From contig CASESH010000002.1 in NCBI GenBank assembly GCA_949290565.1, forward strand, positions 928-64,927: DNA of 64,000 bases, given 5' to 3'. The notes below the pieces were generated by a model, which made no database searches, had not been told where the DNA came from, and was given only the letters and a program-made list of their open reading frames with translations. This document shows, piece after piece, positions 31,104 through 40,649 of the stretch. Origin of the DNA: an uncultured Christensenella sp. Its GTDB lineage: Bacteria > Bacillota > Clostridia > Christensenellales > UBA1242. Positions within the stretch are counted from its first letter, which is position 1, and each line of letters begins with the position of its first letter. The translations under genes and the position numbers were made by a program.

Positions 31104-32459
31104 ATGTTAGAAATTATTGAAAAACAAAGAAAATATTTTAATACTCATGAAACAATAGATGTAAATTTTAGAATACTACAACTTAAAAGACTTAAATTGC
31201 AAATTAGCGCATATTACAATCAATTATTATCTGCTTTTGAAAAAGATTTGAACAAAAAAGAATTTGATGTTATAACAACTGAACTAGGACTTGTCTTTAA
31301 TGAAATAAATTATATGGTTAAACATTTAAAGAAACTAGCAAAGCCTAAAAAAGTAAGAACTTCTATTATAAACTTTCCTTCAAAAGGTTATAAAATTTAC
31401 GAGCCTTATGGGGTTTGTTTAATTGCCTCTCCTTGGAATTATCCACTGCAATTAACTATGATTCCTTTAATTGGAGCCATTGCCGGGGGAAACACTGCAA
31501 TAGTTAAACCTTCTAGAAGTACTCCTAATGTAACAAATGTAATAAAAAAGATTTTAAGCGTTTATGATGACAACTATATTTATGTTGTTACAAAAGAGGA
31601 GGAGATTAATCAAATATTTGAGTCAAAATTTGATTTCATTTTTTATACCGGGTCCAAGGTAAAAGCAAGCGAACTTATGCAAAGTCAATCTAAGTTCTTG
31701 ACACCTATGATTTTGGAACTTGGTGGCAAAAGTCCTTGCATTGTAGATAGTGATGCAAAAGTTGATTTAAGTGCAAAAAGAATTGTTTGGGGTAAATTCC
31801 TAAATGCCGGTCAAACTTGCGTTGCACCTGATTATGTTTTAGTTCACTCATCTATTAAAGATTTGTTTTTGGAAAGTGTTCAAAAGTATATTAAAAAGTT
31901 CTATTACAGCAATGAGGAGTTAAACGATGATTTTGTTAAAATTATAAACAAAAGTTCTCTTGAAAGATTACAAAATTTAATTATTCCTGAAAAACTTTTC
32001 TTTGGTGGCAAGGTAGAAAAGCAAGTTTTAGAACCAACTGTTCTAATTAATGTTACTAGGGAAGATGAAGTTATGAAACAAGAAGTTTTTGGACCTATTT
32101 TGCCTATTATAGAGTTTGAAGATTTAGACAAAGAACTCGAAATTATAAATAATCTTGAAAGTCCACTTGCCCTATATTATTTTGGCTCAAATAAGGAAAA
32201 TTTTGAAAAGATTAAGTCTTTTTGTAAATATGGTGGCGGTTGTATTAATGAAGTCGTTATGCACTTTACTGAAAAGAACTTGCCTTTTGGAGGTGTAGGA
32301 GAAAGTGGATTAGGTTCTTATCACGGTGCAAAATCTTTTTATTCTTTCACACACGAAAAGAGCGTACTAAAAAAATCTACCAAGTTAGATATTGGACTAA
32401 AATATCCTCCTGCTTCTAAAAGGAAAAAATCTCTTGCTAAAAAAATTTTTAAAATATAA
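31104..32459 (+). CDS. aldehyde dehydrogenase (ALDH3-like)
   Basis: PWNYP, FYTGS, LELGGKSP, NAGQTCVAPDY, EVFGP and PFGGVG. Confidence 0.95.
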   Translation: MLEIIEKQRKYFNTHETIDVNFRILQLKRLKLQISAYYNQLLSAFEKDLNKKEFDVITTELGLVFNEINYMVKHLKKLAKPKKVRTSIINFPSKGYKIYEPYGVCLIASPWNYPLQLTMIPLIGAIAGGNTAIVKPSRSTPNVTNVIKKILSVYDDNYIYVVTKEEEINQIFESKFDFIFYTGSKVKASELMQSQSKFLTPMILELGGKSPCIVDSDAKVDLSAKRIVWGKFLNAGQTCVAPDYVLVHSSIKDLFLESVQKYIKKFYYSNEELNDDFVKIINKSSLERLQNLIIPEKLFFGGKVEKQVLEPTVLINVTREDEVMKQEVFGPILPIIEFEDLDKELEIINNLESPLALYYFGSNKENFEKIKSFCKYGGGCINEVVMHFTEKNLPFGGVGESGLGSYHGAKSFYSFTHEKSVLKKSTKLDIGLKYPPASKRKKSLAKKIFKI

Positions 32460-32473
32460 GGAAAATTAATATT

Positions 32474-33160
32474 TTGGATGAAGAATTCTTTGATAGAACA
32501 AAGACTGTATTTAATAAAGACTTTGATAAAATAAAAAACTGTAATATTGCTCTTATTGGAGTAGGTGGAGTTGGTGGTTATATCTTTGAAATGCTGGTTA
32601 GACTTGGAGTTGAGAATATAACAGTTGTTGATTGCGATGTTTTTGAAAAGTCAAATCTTAATAGACAAATATTGTCAACGCTTGATGTTATCAAAAAGCC
32701 TAAGGTAGAGGTCGCAAAAAACAGGGCAAGTTTAATAAACTTAAATTGTAATGTTAAACCAATTTGTGCAAAGATTAATAAATTAAATGTTCAGGAAATT
32801 TTAAATGAGAAATATGATTATGTTATAGACGCTATTGACGATGTTTCTGGTAAGATTGCTATAATTAAATTTTGTTCTAGTAGAAATATCCCAATAGTCT
32901 GTTGTATGGGAACAGGTAACAGAAGTGGAATTCCTAATTTTGTTGTGGAAGACTTGTTTAAAACTTCATATGATGGACTTTGTAGAAAAATGAGAAATGA
33001 ACTAAAAAAAGATAACTTTTCTAAAAAAATAGATGTAGTTTATACAAAAGAGCAAGCAGTAAATACAGATAAGTTAGGTAGTGTTGTCTATTATCCTTTA
33101 ATGTGTGCAGGTACGGTTACAAGTTATGTAGTTAACAAAATAATATCAAGTAGTAAATAA
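32474..33160 (+). CDS. tcdA: tRNA threonylcarbamoyladenosine dehydratase (ThiF family)
   Basis: GVGGVG, SNLNRQ, VIDAID and CMGTG. Confidence 0.8.
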   Translation: MDEEFFDRTKTVFNKDFDKIKNCNIALIGVGGVGGYIFEMLVRLGVENITVVDCDVFEKSNLNRQILSTLDVIKKPKVEVAKNRASLINLNCNVKPICAKINKLNVQEILNEKYDYVIDAIDDVSGKIAIIKFCSSRNIPIVCCMGTGNRSGIPNFVVEDLFKTSYDGLCRKMRNELKKDNFSKKIDVVYTKEQAVNTDKLGSVVYYPLMCAGTVTSYVVNKIISSSK

Positions 33161-33418
33161 AAAATTATTATAATTATTTATAATAAAATATCTTATTTTG
33201 ATTGTAATTATTAGAAATTTTTAATGTAAACAATTTTTAAAAGTTTACCATTTGATAAATTACTTTAATAGCAATATAAACAAAAAAACTTTACAAACTA
33301 GTAAAGTTTTTTTAATTACTAACGACTAAGATAAAAATTATTTAGAATTTACATTGTTTACATAATAATTTTAAAATAAAAAAAATTAATAATTAGAAAT
33401 TTAGAATACTTTAAATTT

Positions 33419-34015
33419 TTACTTCTTTGGAGTAGATAAGAAATCAAGATTTATATAGTCCGAAGTTGCATCGCATAGAGGACAAACCTTAAAGGCCTCT
33501 TTTGAATAGTGGGTGTAGCCACATTTACTGCATTTCCATTCATATGGAGTTGAACTCTTAAATAAAGCATTTGCTTTTAACTTATTATATAATTCATCTA
33601 AAATCATAAAGTGGTCGTTTTCTACAAGAGCAATAAGTTTAAACTTTTCTGCGACATCTTTAAATCCTTCATCTTCTGCTATTTTTGCAAAACTAGGATA
33701 GATTGTAGTATTTTCTGATTTTTCATTGTTTGAGGCATACTTAATCATATCAATAAGTTCTCCATTTTGGAACGGAAAACCTGCATTTATTTCAATATTT
33801 TTTTCCACATTTGGAGAATGTTTTGTTAACAACTTCCAAAAAGTTTTTGCGTGGACAACTTCATTCTTTGCCAAAGTCTTAAATAACATTTGAATATTAT
33901 TTTTGTCTTCTGTCATCGCCTTTTCAGCAATTATTTGATACCTAAGCCCTGCTTGACTTTCTCCGGCGAAGGCACGAGCAAGATTTATCTTTGTTTGTGA
34001 TTTTTCAAAATTCAT
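33419..34015 (-). CDS. rubrerythrin family protein (second copy)
   Basis: [16 protein letters not shown] and CSKC/CPLC. Confidence 0.92.
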   Translation of the reverse strand: MNFEKSQTKINLARAFAGESQAGLRYQIIAEKAMTEDKNNIQMLFKTLAKNEVVHAKTFWKLLTKHSPNVEKNIEINAGFPFQNGELIDMIKYASNNEKSENTTIYPSFAKIAEDEGFKDVAEKFKLIALVENDHFMILDELYNKLKANALFKSSTPYEWKCSKCGYTHYSKEAFKVCPLCDATSDYINLDFLSTPKK

Positions 34016-34158
34016 AATTTATCTCCTTTTGTTATATATCTTTTACTTTTTTTGTAATTATTATTCACTATTTTTTTTGTGTTTTTATGCAAACTAATTA
34101 TGTATAAAATCGTTTGTCATTTTATCAAAATTTTAATAAAATATATGTGGAGTTGTTT

Positions 34159-34935
34159 ATGTTAGATATTTTTGAAATTGAAAGAAGATACACCGTTTTT
34201 GATAAGAAAACGTTTTCGAGATTGATTACTCTTTTAAAAACTATGACCACGTATACTATGGATAAACCTTATAAGAGAAAAGTGGTCGATTATTACTTTG
34301 ATAATGAGGAAATGCTTTTAGAAAAAAATGAATTGCTTTTAAGAAAGAGGGTTTTAAAAAATAAAGCACAACTTAAAATAAAACGTTTTCATTACGACCC
34401 TTCTTACTATTATAGAGATAGTTTAAGGGCAAATGAGAGAGAAAAAGATATTGGTGTTTTTGACTCTCTTGCAAGACACTATTTTTTCTTAAACAATGCT
34501 CTTAATTCAATGTTTACTCACAACTTGCAATTTGACCCTGATAAGTTATTCGACCAAATGAGAGTTATTATGGTAATTAAATCTAAACAAGAAATTAGAA
34601 AACTATTTGGTTATGGAGGGCTAAAAGTTGAGATAACAAATGAGAAACTTAGTCTTGAAAATAAAATAACTAATAGAAAAAATAACTTTGAAATTGTTCA
34701 ATTCAAACTTGTTTCGCCAGAAGATACTTTGCCTGTTTTTAAAGATTTTATTACAAGAATCGAAAGACATTGTAAGGAAATATTTTATACCCGAGATAGC
34801 AAGTATGAGATTGCTTATCGTATGACAAGACCTTTACCTACAAAAGAGGAAGCAAAGAAAAGACAGGAAGAATTATTAAGACAAAAAATGTTGCAAGAGT
34901 CCGAAGAGGCAATGGCTAAAAAAGAAAAAAAGTAG
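34159..34935 (+). CDS. CYTH-domain-like protein
   Basis: EIERRY, DYYFDN, LLRKR and SKYE; start set to the ATG after GGAG. Confidence 0.6.
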   Translation: MLDIFEIERRYTVFDKKTFSRLITLLKTMTTYTMDKPYKRKVVDYYFDNEEMLLEKNELLLRKRVLKNKAQLKIKRFHYDPSYYYRDSLRANEREKDIGVFDSLARHYFFLNNALNSMFTHNLQFDPDKLFDQMRVIMVIKSKQEIRKLFGYGGLKVEITNEKLSLENKITNRKNNFEIVQFKLVSPEDTLPVFKDFITRIERHCKEIFYTRDSKYEIAYRMTRPLPTKEEAKKRQEELLRQKMLQESEEAMAKKEKK

Positions 34936-34944
34936 GATTAAAAA

Positions 34945-35868
34945 ATGAAAGATTATTATGTTATTATTGATTGTGACCCAGGTATAGATGACGCTATGGC
35001 AATTATGAACGCTGTCAATAGTGAAAATATTGAGGTTAAATTAATTTCGACTGTTTCAGGGAACTTAACCATTGAAGAAACTGTAAGAAATGCTTTAAAA
35101 CTTACTGAGATTTTTAATGTTGATATTCCTGTTGCCGAGGGGGCAAGAGAACCAATTAAAAGACAACCTATTTATGCTGGTCTTGCACAAGGGACTAAGG
35201 GGATGGGAGGTTATCAGTTTAAAACTGTTAAAAGAGAACCTTTTATTTTAAAAAGCCCAGATGCCATTCACTATGCACTTTGTCAAAATATGGCAAGAAA
35301 CACTACTATTTTATGTATGGGACCTATGACTAATATTGCTAATCTCTTATTAAAGTATCCCGAAAGTAGAGAAATGATTTCTAAAATTGTTTTTATGGGT
35401 GGAAGTAAAGATGAAAATGGTTCAACTGTTCCTTATAGAGAATTTAATGTCGCTTATGACCCTGAGGCTATGCAAATTGTTTTTGATTCTAATATTCCAC
35501 TCATTATGGTTCCTATGGAGTTGGGGCACATTGCTTATTTTACCCCTGAGGAACAACTTAAAATAAAGAGAGCAAATAAAGTGGGTGAAATTTTCTATAA
35601 GATGTTTACAAAGTATAATGACTTTCACGTTGGAAAGTTAGGTGCAGCAGTTCACGATAGTTGTTCGGCTTTGTTTTTAACAAATCCAGAAATTTTTACG
35701 CTAGAACCTGCTTTCTTGAAAATAGAATATCATAAAAATAATGATAATGAGTATGGATATATTAAGTGCGATTTTAATGCTAACAAAACTAACGCTATGG
35801 TATGTGTTGATGTTGAGATAGAAAAATTTAAGAAAATTATTTATGGTAATTTATTTAATTACAACTAA
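34945..35868 (+). CDS. inosine-uridine nucleoside hydrolase family (RihC-like)
   Basis: DCDPGIDDA, GPMTNIA, MGG, EFNVAYDPEA and VHD. Confidence 0.93.
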   Translation: MKDYYVIIDCDPGIDDAMAIMNAVNSENIEVKLISTVSGNLTIEETVRNALKLTEIFNVDIPVAEGAREPIKRQPIYAGLAQGTKGMGGYQFKTVKREPFILKSPDAIHYALCQNMARNTTILCMGPMTNIANLLLKYPESREMISKIVFMGGSKDENGSTVPYREFNVAYDPEAMQIVFDSNIPLIMVPMELGHIAYFTPEEQLKIKRANKVGEIFYKMFTKYNDFHVGKLGAAVHDSCSALFLTNPEIFTLEPAFLKIEYHKNNDNEYGYIKCDFNANKTNAMVCVDVEIEKFKKIIYGNLFNYN

Positions 35869-35882
35869 GTATCTTGTAGGTG

Positions 35883-35959
35883 GCGAACAAATAAATTTAA
35901 CTTGTTAAATTTAAAATACTAGCGTATTTTTGCTAAGTGAAACTTAGCAATTTGTTCGC
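35883..35959. repeat. four-way-junction palindromic element E6
   Basis: Outer GCGAACAAAT/ATTTGTTCGC; hairpins AAATTTAAC/GTTAAATTT, AAAATAC/GTATTTT, TGCTAAGT/ACTTAGCA. Confidence 0.9.
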
Positions 35960-35993
35960 ATTTATAATAACTGTTAAAAGGAGTAAAAAAATA

Positions 35994-37019
35994 GTGCAAA
36001 TAAGAAAGAAAAGAAATAAATTGTTTACAACTTTGTTGTGTTGTCTTGTTGTTTGTTCATTTTTTTTAAATCCTTTTAAAAGCGTAAAAGCACAAGATAC
36101 AAATAATAAAACTAGTATATATTTACAAACATATCAGTCAAATACAGGAATAATAAATTCAATTTTCTCAATTGATGTTTCACAACTTAGTAGCGATGAT
36201 AAACTACAAGCGTATAGTTTGATTAACGCATATAGAGTACAATTAATGGAAAAACATAAAGAAAAATTTTATGAAATTTTCAGTTCGAATATAAATTCTC
36301 AGGAACAAAATATACAGGTTGTTTATGATTCTGTTCCAATAAGTGCAATTGAATTTTTAACTTGGGATTTTAATATAAACAATTTTGATGTAAATATGAC
36401 AAACATAATTGTCAACATAAATTTTATGTCAATTTATGCGTATATGATGTTTTATTACCCAGATATTTTTGTATACGATGAGCAATCAAAAACTGTTAAG
36501 ATAGACAATGCGAATTATTCAACATTAATAGATGTACCGATACCTTCGGTAGATTATCAAGTTAAAGAAAAATTTTTTGTTTCTTTGTATGAACAAGTTT
36601 GTTCTCCATTTTTTTATAATGGGAAAGAATATTATCTATTAAAAGATTATAAAAATTTTGTGAGTGGAGAAAGTTTATTTGATGTCTTATGTGAGGTTGC
36701 AAATATTGATTATACAAGTTTGCAATTTGAATATACTTTTATAACAAATTTTAGTAGGTTACATTCAAATTCTACAAATGTATATTCAACAGAATTAGGC
36801 AAGGCACATACTTGGAATTTAGGAAATAATGCTAGTGGACAAATAGTAGTTTGGAGAAACTATGCAAACTACTCTGCTTGGTATCTCATTTGTTTACTAA
36901 TTGCAATTTTGTTTATAGGAATAAGTTTGTTAATCCATTTTATAAAGATTAAAACTAATAAAACAAAAAATTTAGAATTATTAAAAAAGATTGATGATTT
37001 TGTTAATAAAAACAATTAA
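35994..37019 (+). CDS. hypothetical exported protein with C-terminal TM anchor
   Basis: Signal peptide (VKA|Q) and C-terminal TM; start moved to the GTG after AAGGAG because the ORF-track start lies inside E6. Confidence 0.72.
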   Translation: MQIRKKRNKLFTTLLCCLVVCSFFLNPFKSVKAQDTNNKTSIYLQTYQSNTGIINSIFSIDVSQLSSDDKLQAYSLINAYRVQLMEKHKEKFYEIFSSNINSQEQNIQVVYDSVPISAIEFLTWDFNINNFDVNMTNIIVNINFMSIYAYMMFYYPDIFVYDEQSKTVKIDNANYSTLIDVPIPSVDYQVKEKFFVSLYEQVCSPFFYNGKEYYLLKDYKNFVSGESLFDVLCEVANIDYTSLQFEYTFITNFSRLHSNSTNVYSTELGKAHTWNLGNNASGQIVVWRNYANYSAWYLICLLIAILFIGISLLIHFIKIKTNKTKNLELLKKIDDFVNKNN

Positions 37020-37031
37020 GGAAAATTTTTA

Positions 37032-37331
37032 ATGAGTAAAAAGAAAGATAAATTAAGAGAGAAAAAAATAAAATATTCAATAAGAGATAATATTTATTCA
37101 TATTTAAAGAAATACGCTATGATAATGCTTATTTCAATTCCTATAATTTTTATTGTAAATTATTTACTTGCTATTTATGTAAGCGGTTTTAATGGCGCAG
37201 TTGTTGTTTTTGTTACGCTTTGTGAATTAATTCTCGCCTGCTTTATTGGACTTATAATATTTAACAAAATAGAAGAAAAAAGAATGGCAAATTCGACAAA
37301 AGAAAAGGAAAGGGACCCATTTGCTGATTAA
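37032..37331 (+). CDS. small 2-TM membrane protein
   Basis: 99 aa, two hydrophobic helices, AAGGA RBS. Confidence 0.7.
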   Translation: MSKKKDKLREKKIKYSIRDNIYSYLKKYAMIMLISIPIIFIVNYLLAIYVSGFNGAVVVFVTLCELILACFIGLIIFNKIEEKRMANSTKEKERDPFAD

Positions 37332-37396
37332 TTGTAAAAACTGCCTTGACTAACTAGTGTTTTTGTTAGATAATTAAAGAACAAGGATAAAATTTT

Positions 37397-38836
37397 ATGA
37401 AAAACGAAAAAAATAAAAATGTAGCGAGAACCATTCCTCATAGTATTGAGGCTGAACAGTCTGTGTTAGGTTGTTGTTTGATTGATGACAATGCCGTATT
37501 AAATATAATGACATTAGTAAAAGTTGATGACTTTTATACAAATGTTCATAAAACAATTTTTGAATGTATGTTAGACATATATTCTTTAAATAAGCCAATT
37601 GACTATGTAACTCTTACTGATGATTTGGAGAGAAAAGGATTACTTGAAAGTATTGGTGGGATTGATTATATCACAACTTTAACCAATATTGTTCCAAGTG
37701 CCGTAAATTACAAACATTATGTTGATATAGTTAAGAGAGATTCAGTTTTAAGAAAATTAATAAAGAGTAGTCAAGAAATAATAGAAAAAGCGTATGATGC
37801 TGAGGAAGAAAATATTCTTGCTTATGCTGAAAAAAGTATTTTTGATATTGCTGAAAAAGAAGATGTTTCAAATTTAGTTCAAATTGGAGATACTCTATCA
37901 ACGGTTCTTAACAAATTTGAGGAAATAGACAAAAATGCTGGTGCGATTAGAGGAATATCAACCGGATTTAGAGAACTTGATAAGGTAACAAATGGACTTC
38001 AAAAAAGCGACCTTATTTTAATTGCCGCAAGACCTGGATTTGGTAAGACAAGTCTTGCCATGAACATTGTAAACAACGCCGCTTTAAAAGGGAAGTGTAG
38101 TTGTGCCGTCTTTTCTCTTGAAATGCCTAAGGAACAAATTACGCAAAGAACACTTTGTTCAGTTAGTGGCGTAAGTATGGAGAGGGCTTTAAGTGGTAAA
38201 CTTCAACAAAGCGATTGGAAAGCACTATGGGAAGGAAATAAGAAACTTGCTCAGGCAAAAATATTTATAGATGATTCTTCTTTAACTAACCCTACAAATA
38301 TTTTAAGCAAATGTAGGAGATTAAAAAGGGAGCACGGACTTGACCTTATTATGATAGACTATTTGCAACTTATGAGTCCTGCAAAGACAAATAAAGAGGG
38401 AAATAGACAGCAGGAAATAAGTTCTTTAACTAGAACTCTAAAAATTGCAGCAAGAGAATTGCAAGTTCCTATAATTGTGCTTTCGCAGTTATCTCGTGAT
38501 GTAGAAAAGAGAAAGGAAGACCATAAACCTGTTTTAAGTGATTTAAGAGAAAGTGGTTCTATTGAGCAAGATGCAGATATTGTTATGTTTATTTATAACG
38601 CATCTAAGTACAGTGATGCGGAAATGGAAGATGGCCCTAATGTTTGTGAACTAATTATTGCTAAACATAGAAATGGTCCTCTTGCAAATATAAAACTAAA
38701 ATGGATTCCTGAAATTACGACTTTTGTTGATATTGGTTCAAATTCGGAGAAAAAGAGTTTGGAAGATTTAGCACCTCCTCCACCTCCTCCACCAAGTCAA
38801 GATGAAGACGTTGATATGGAAGAAATAGATTTTTAA
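37397..38836 (+). CDS. dnaB: replicative DNA helicase
   Basis: PHSIEAEQSVLG, AARPGFGKT, IDYLQLM, LSQLSR, DLRESGSIEQDAD and KHRNGP. Confidence 0.97.
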   Translation: MKNEKNKNVARTIPHSIEAEQSVLGCCLIDDNAVLNIMTLVKVDDFYTNVHKTIFECMLDIYSLNKPIDYVTLTDDLERKGLLESIGGIDYITTLTNIVPSAVNYKHYVDIVKRDSVLRKLIKSSQEIIEKAYDAEEENILAYAEKSIFDIAEKEDVSNLVQIGDTLSTVLNKFEEIDKNAGAIRGISTGFRELDKVTNGLQKSDLILIAARPGFGKTSLAMNIVNNAALKGKCSCAVFSLEMPKEQITQRTLCSVSGVSMERALSGKLQQSDWKALWEGNKKLAQAKIFIDDSSLTNPTNILSKCRRLKREHGLDLIMIDYLQLMSPAKTNKEGNRQQEISSLTRTLKIAARELQVPIIVLSQLSRDVEKRKEDHKPVLSDLRESGSIEQDADIVMFIYNASKYSDAEMEDGPNVCELIIAKHRNGPLANIKLKWIPEITTFVDIGSNSEKKSLEDLAPPPPPPPSQDEDVDMEEIDF

Positions 38837-38850
38837 TTGGGGAAATAAAA

Positions 38851-40641
38851 ATGAAAAAGTTAACAGCAAAACAACTAAGAGAAATGTGGATTAATTTTTA
38901 TAAAGAAAAAGGACATGTTTTAATTGATGGGGCTTCGCTTGTTCCAGAAAACGACCCTTCCGTTTTATTTACAACGGCAGGCATGCATCCGCTAGTTCCT
39001 TATTTGTTGGGAGAAAAACATCCTTGTGGGAGACGTCTTGTTGACATACAAAAGTGTATTAGAACGGGAGATATTGAAGATGTCGGTGATGACTACCATT
39101 GTACATTTTTTGAAATGATGGGTAATTGGAGTTTGGGTGACTATTTTAAAAAGGAAAAAATTGCTTGGAGTTATGAGTTCTTAACTAGTCCAAAATATTT
39201 AGATATTCCAAAAGAGGACTTAGTTGTAACAGTTTTTGCAGGAGATGAGACTGCTCCAAGAGATGAAGAATCTTATAATGCTTGGAGAAGTTGTGGACTT
39301 CCAGAATCAAAGATTTTTTTCTTGCCAAAAAAGAATAATTGGTGGATTTTAGCAAGCGGAGTTGGACCTTGTGGACCTGATAGCGAAATGTTTATCGACA
39401 CTAAAAAACCAAAATGTTGTCCAGAATGTAGCCCTGCTTGTGATTGCGGAAAATATATTGAGATAGGTAATGATGTCTTTATGGAATATATAAAGACTTC
39501 AAAAGATGGACCAATAAAACAAAATCCTCAAAAAAATGTTGATACAGGGTTTGGGTTTGATAGACTTCTTTATATTTCAAATAATTTAGAAAGTGTCTAT
39601 GACAGTGAACTATTTATGCCAATAATAAAGAAAATAGAAGAAATTAGTAATAGATATTATTTGCTAAATGATGAAACAAAGAGGTGTATGAGAATTATTG
39701 CTGACCATATAAAAGCCTCTGTCTTTATGATTAGTGATGGAGTAGTACCTCTAAATGTTGAGCAAGGTTATGTTTTAAGAAGACTGTTAAGGAGAGCAAT
39801 AAACTGTGCCAACAGATTAAATTTTAGTGGAGATAGGCTTGTTGAACTTGTACCTGTTGTAGTTGATATTTATAAAGATTTTTATCCTGTTCTTGTAAAG
39901 AATATGGAAATGATTGAGCAAGTGATTTTGCAAGAAAGTGAAAAGTTTTCAAAAACTTTAAATCAAGGGATTAAGGAATTTGAAAAAGTTGCAATGTACT
40001 GCAAAGATGGTGTGTTAAATGGTAAAACGGCTTTTAGATTGTATGATACTTTTGGTTTTCCACTTGAACTAACGAGAGAACTTGCAAAAGAAAAAAATCT
40101 TACTGTTGATGAACAAGGTTATCAAGAGGCGTACAAAAAACACCAAGAAACTAGTAAAGCAAATAATGATAAGGTTTTTAAAGGTGGATTGGCAGACACA
40201 GGAGAAAGAACTGTTAGACTTCATACTGCGGCTCATATTTTACAAGCAGGACTCAGGAAAATTGTAAGTCCGGATATTTATCAAAAAGGATGCAATATAA
40301 CTTCTGAAAGACTTAGATTTGATTTTAATTGTGACCATAAATTATCCGATGATGAAAAACAAAGATTAGAAGATTATGTTAATGATGTTATAAATCAAGA
40401 TTTACCTGTTGTATGCCAAGAAATGGATATAGATGAAGCAAGAGAAGAAGGTGCTCTTGGAATATTTGACAATAAGTACGGTAATAAAGTTAAAGTTTAT
40501 ACAATTGGCAATGTTAGTAAAGAAATTTGTGGGGGTCCACACGCTAAGCATACGGGCGAGTTAAAAAAGTTTAAAATTTTAAAAGAAGAATCAAGTAGTG
40601 CAGGGATTAGAAGAATTAAGGCTACAATTATAACCGAATAG
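38851..40641 (+). CDS. alaS: alanyl-tRNA synthetase, short form lacking C-Ala
   Basis: LFTTAGM, TFFEMMGN, LYDTFGFP, HTAAH and CGGPH; ends just after GIRRIKA. Confidence 0.95.
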   Translation: MKKLTAKQLREMWINFYKEKGHVLIDGASLVPENDPSVLFTTAGMHPLVPYLLGEKHPCGRRLVDIQKCIRTGDIEDVGDDYHCTFFEMMGNWSLGDYFKKEKIAWSYEFLTSPKYLDIPKEDLVVTVFAGDETAPRDEESYNAWRSCGLPESKIFFLPKKNNWWILASGVGPCGPDSEMFIDTKKPKCCPECSPACDCGKYIEIGNDVFMEYIKTSKDGPIKQNPQKNVDTGFGFDRLLYISNNLESVYDSELFMPIIKKIEEISNRYYLLNDETKRCMRIIADHIKASVFMISDGVVPLNVEQGYVLRRLLRRAINCANRLNFSGDRLVELVPVVVDIYKDFYPVLVKNMEMIEQVILQESEKFSKTLNQGIKEFEKVAMYCKDGVLNGKTAFRLYDTFGFPLELTRELAKEKNLTVDEQGYQEAYKKHQETSKANNDKVFKGGLADTGERTVRLHTAAHILQAGLRKIVSPDIYQKGCNITSERLRFDFNCDHKLSDDEKQRLEDYVNDVINQDLPVVCQEMDIDEAREEGALGIFDNKYGNKVKVYTIGNVSKEICGGPHAKHTGELKKFKILKEESSSAGIRRIKATIITE

Positions 40642-40649
40642 GAGAATTT

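Noticed and set aside
38773-38793. Seven-proline run in the DnaB C-terminal tail
   Set aside because: Low-complexity linker before an acidic tail; no evidence of an intein or extra domain.
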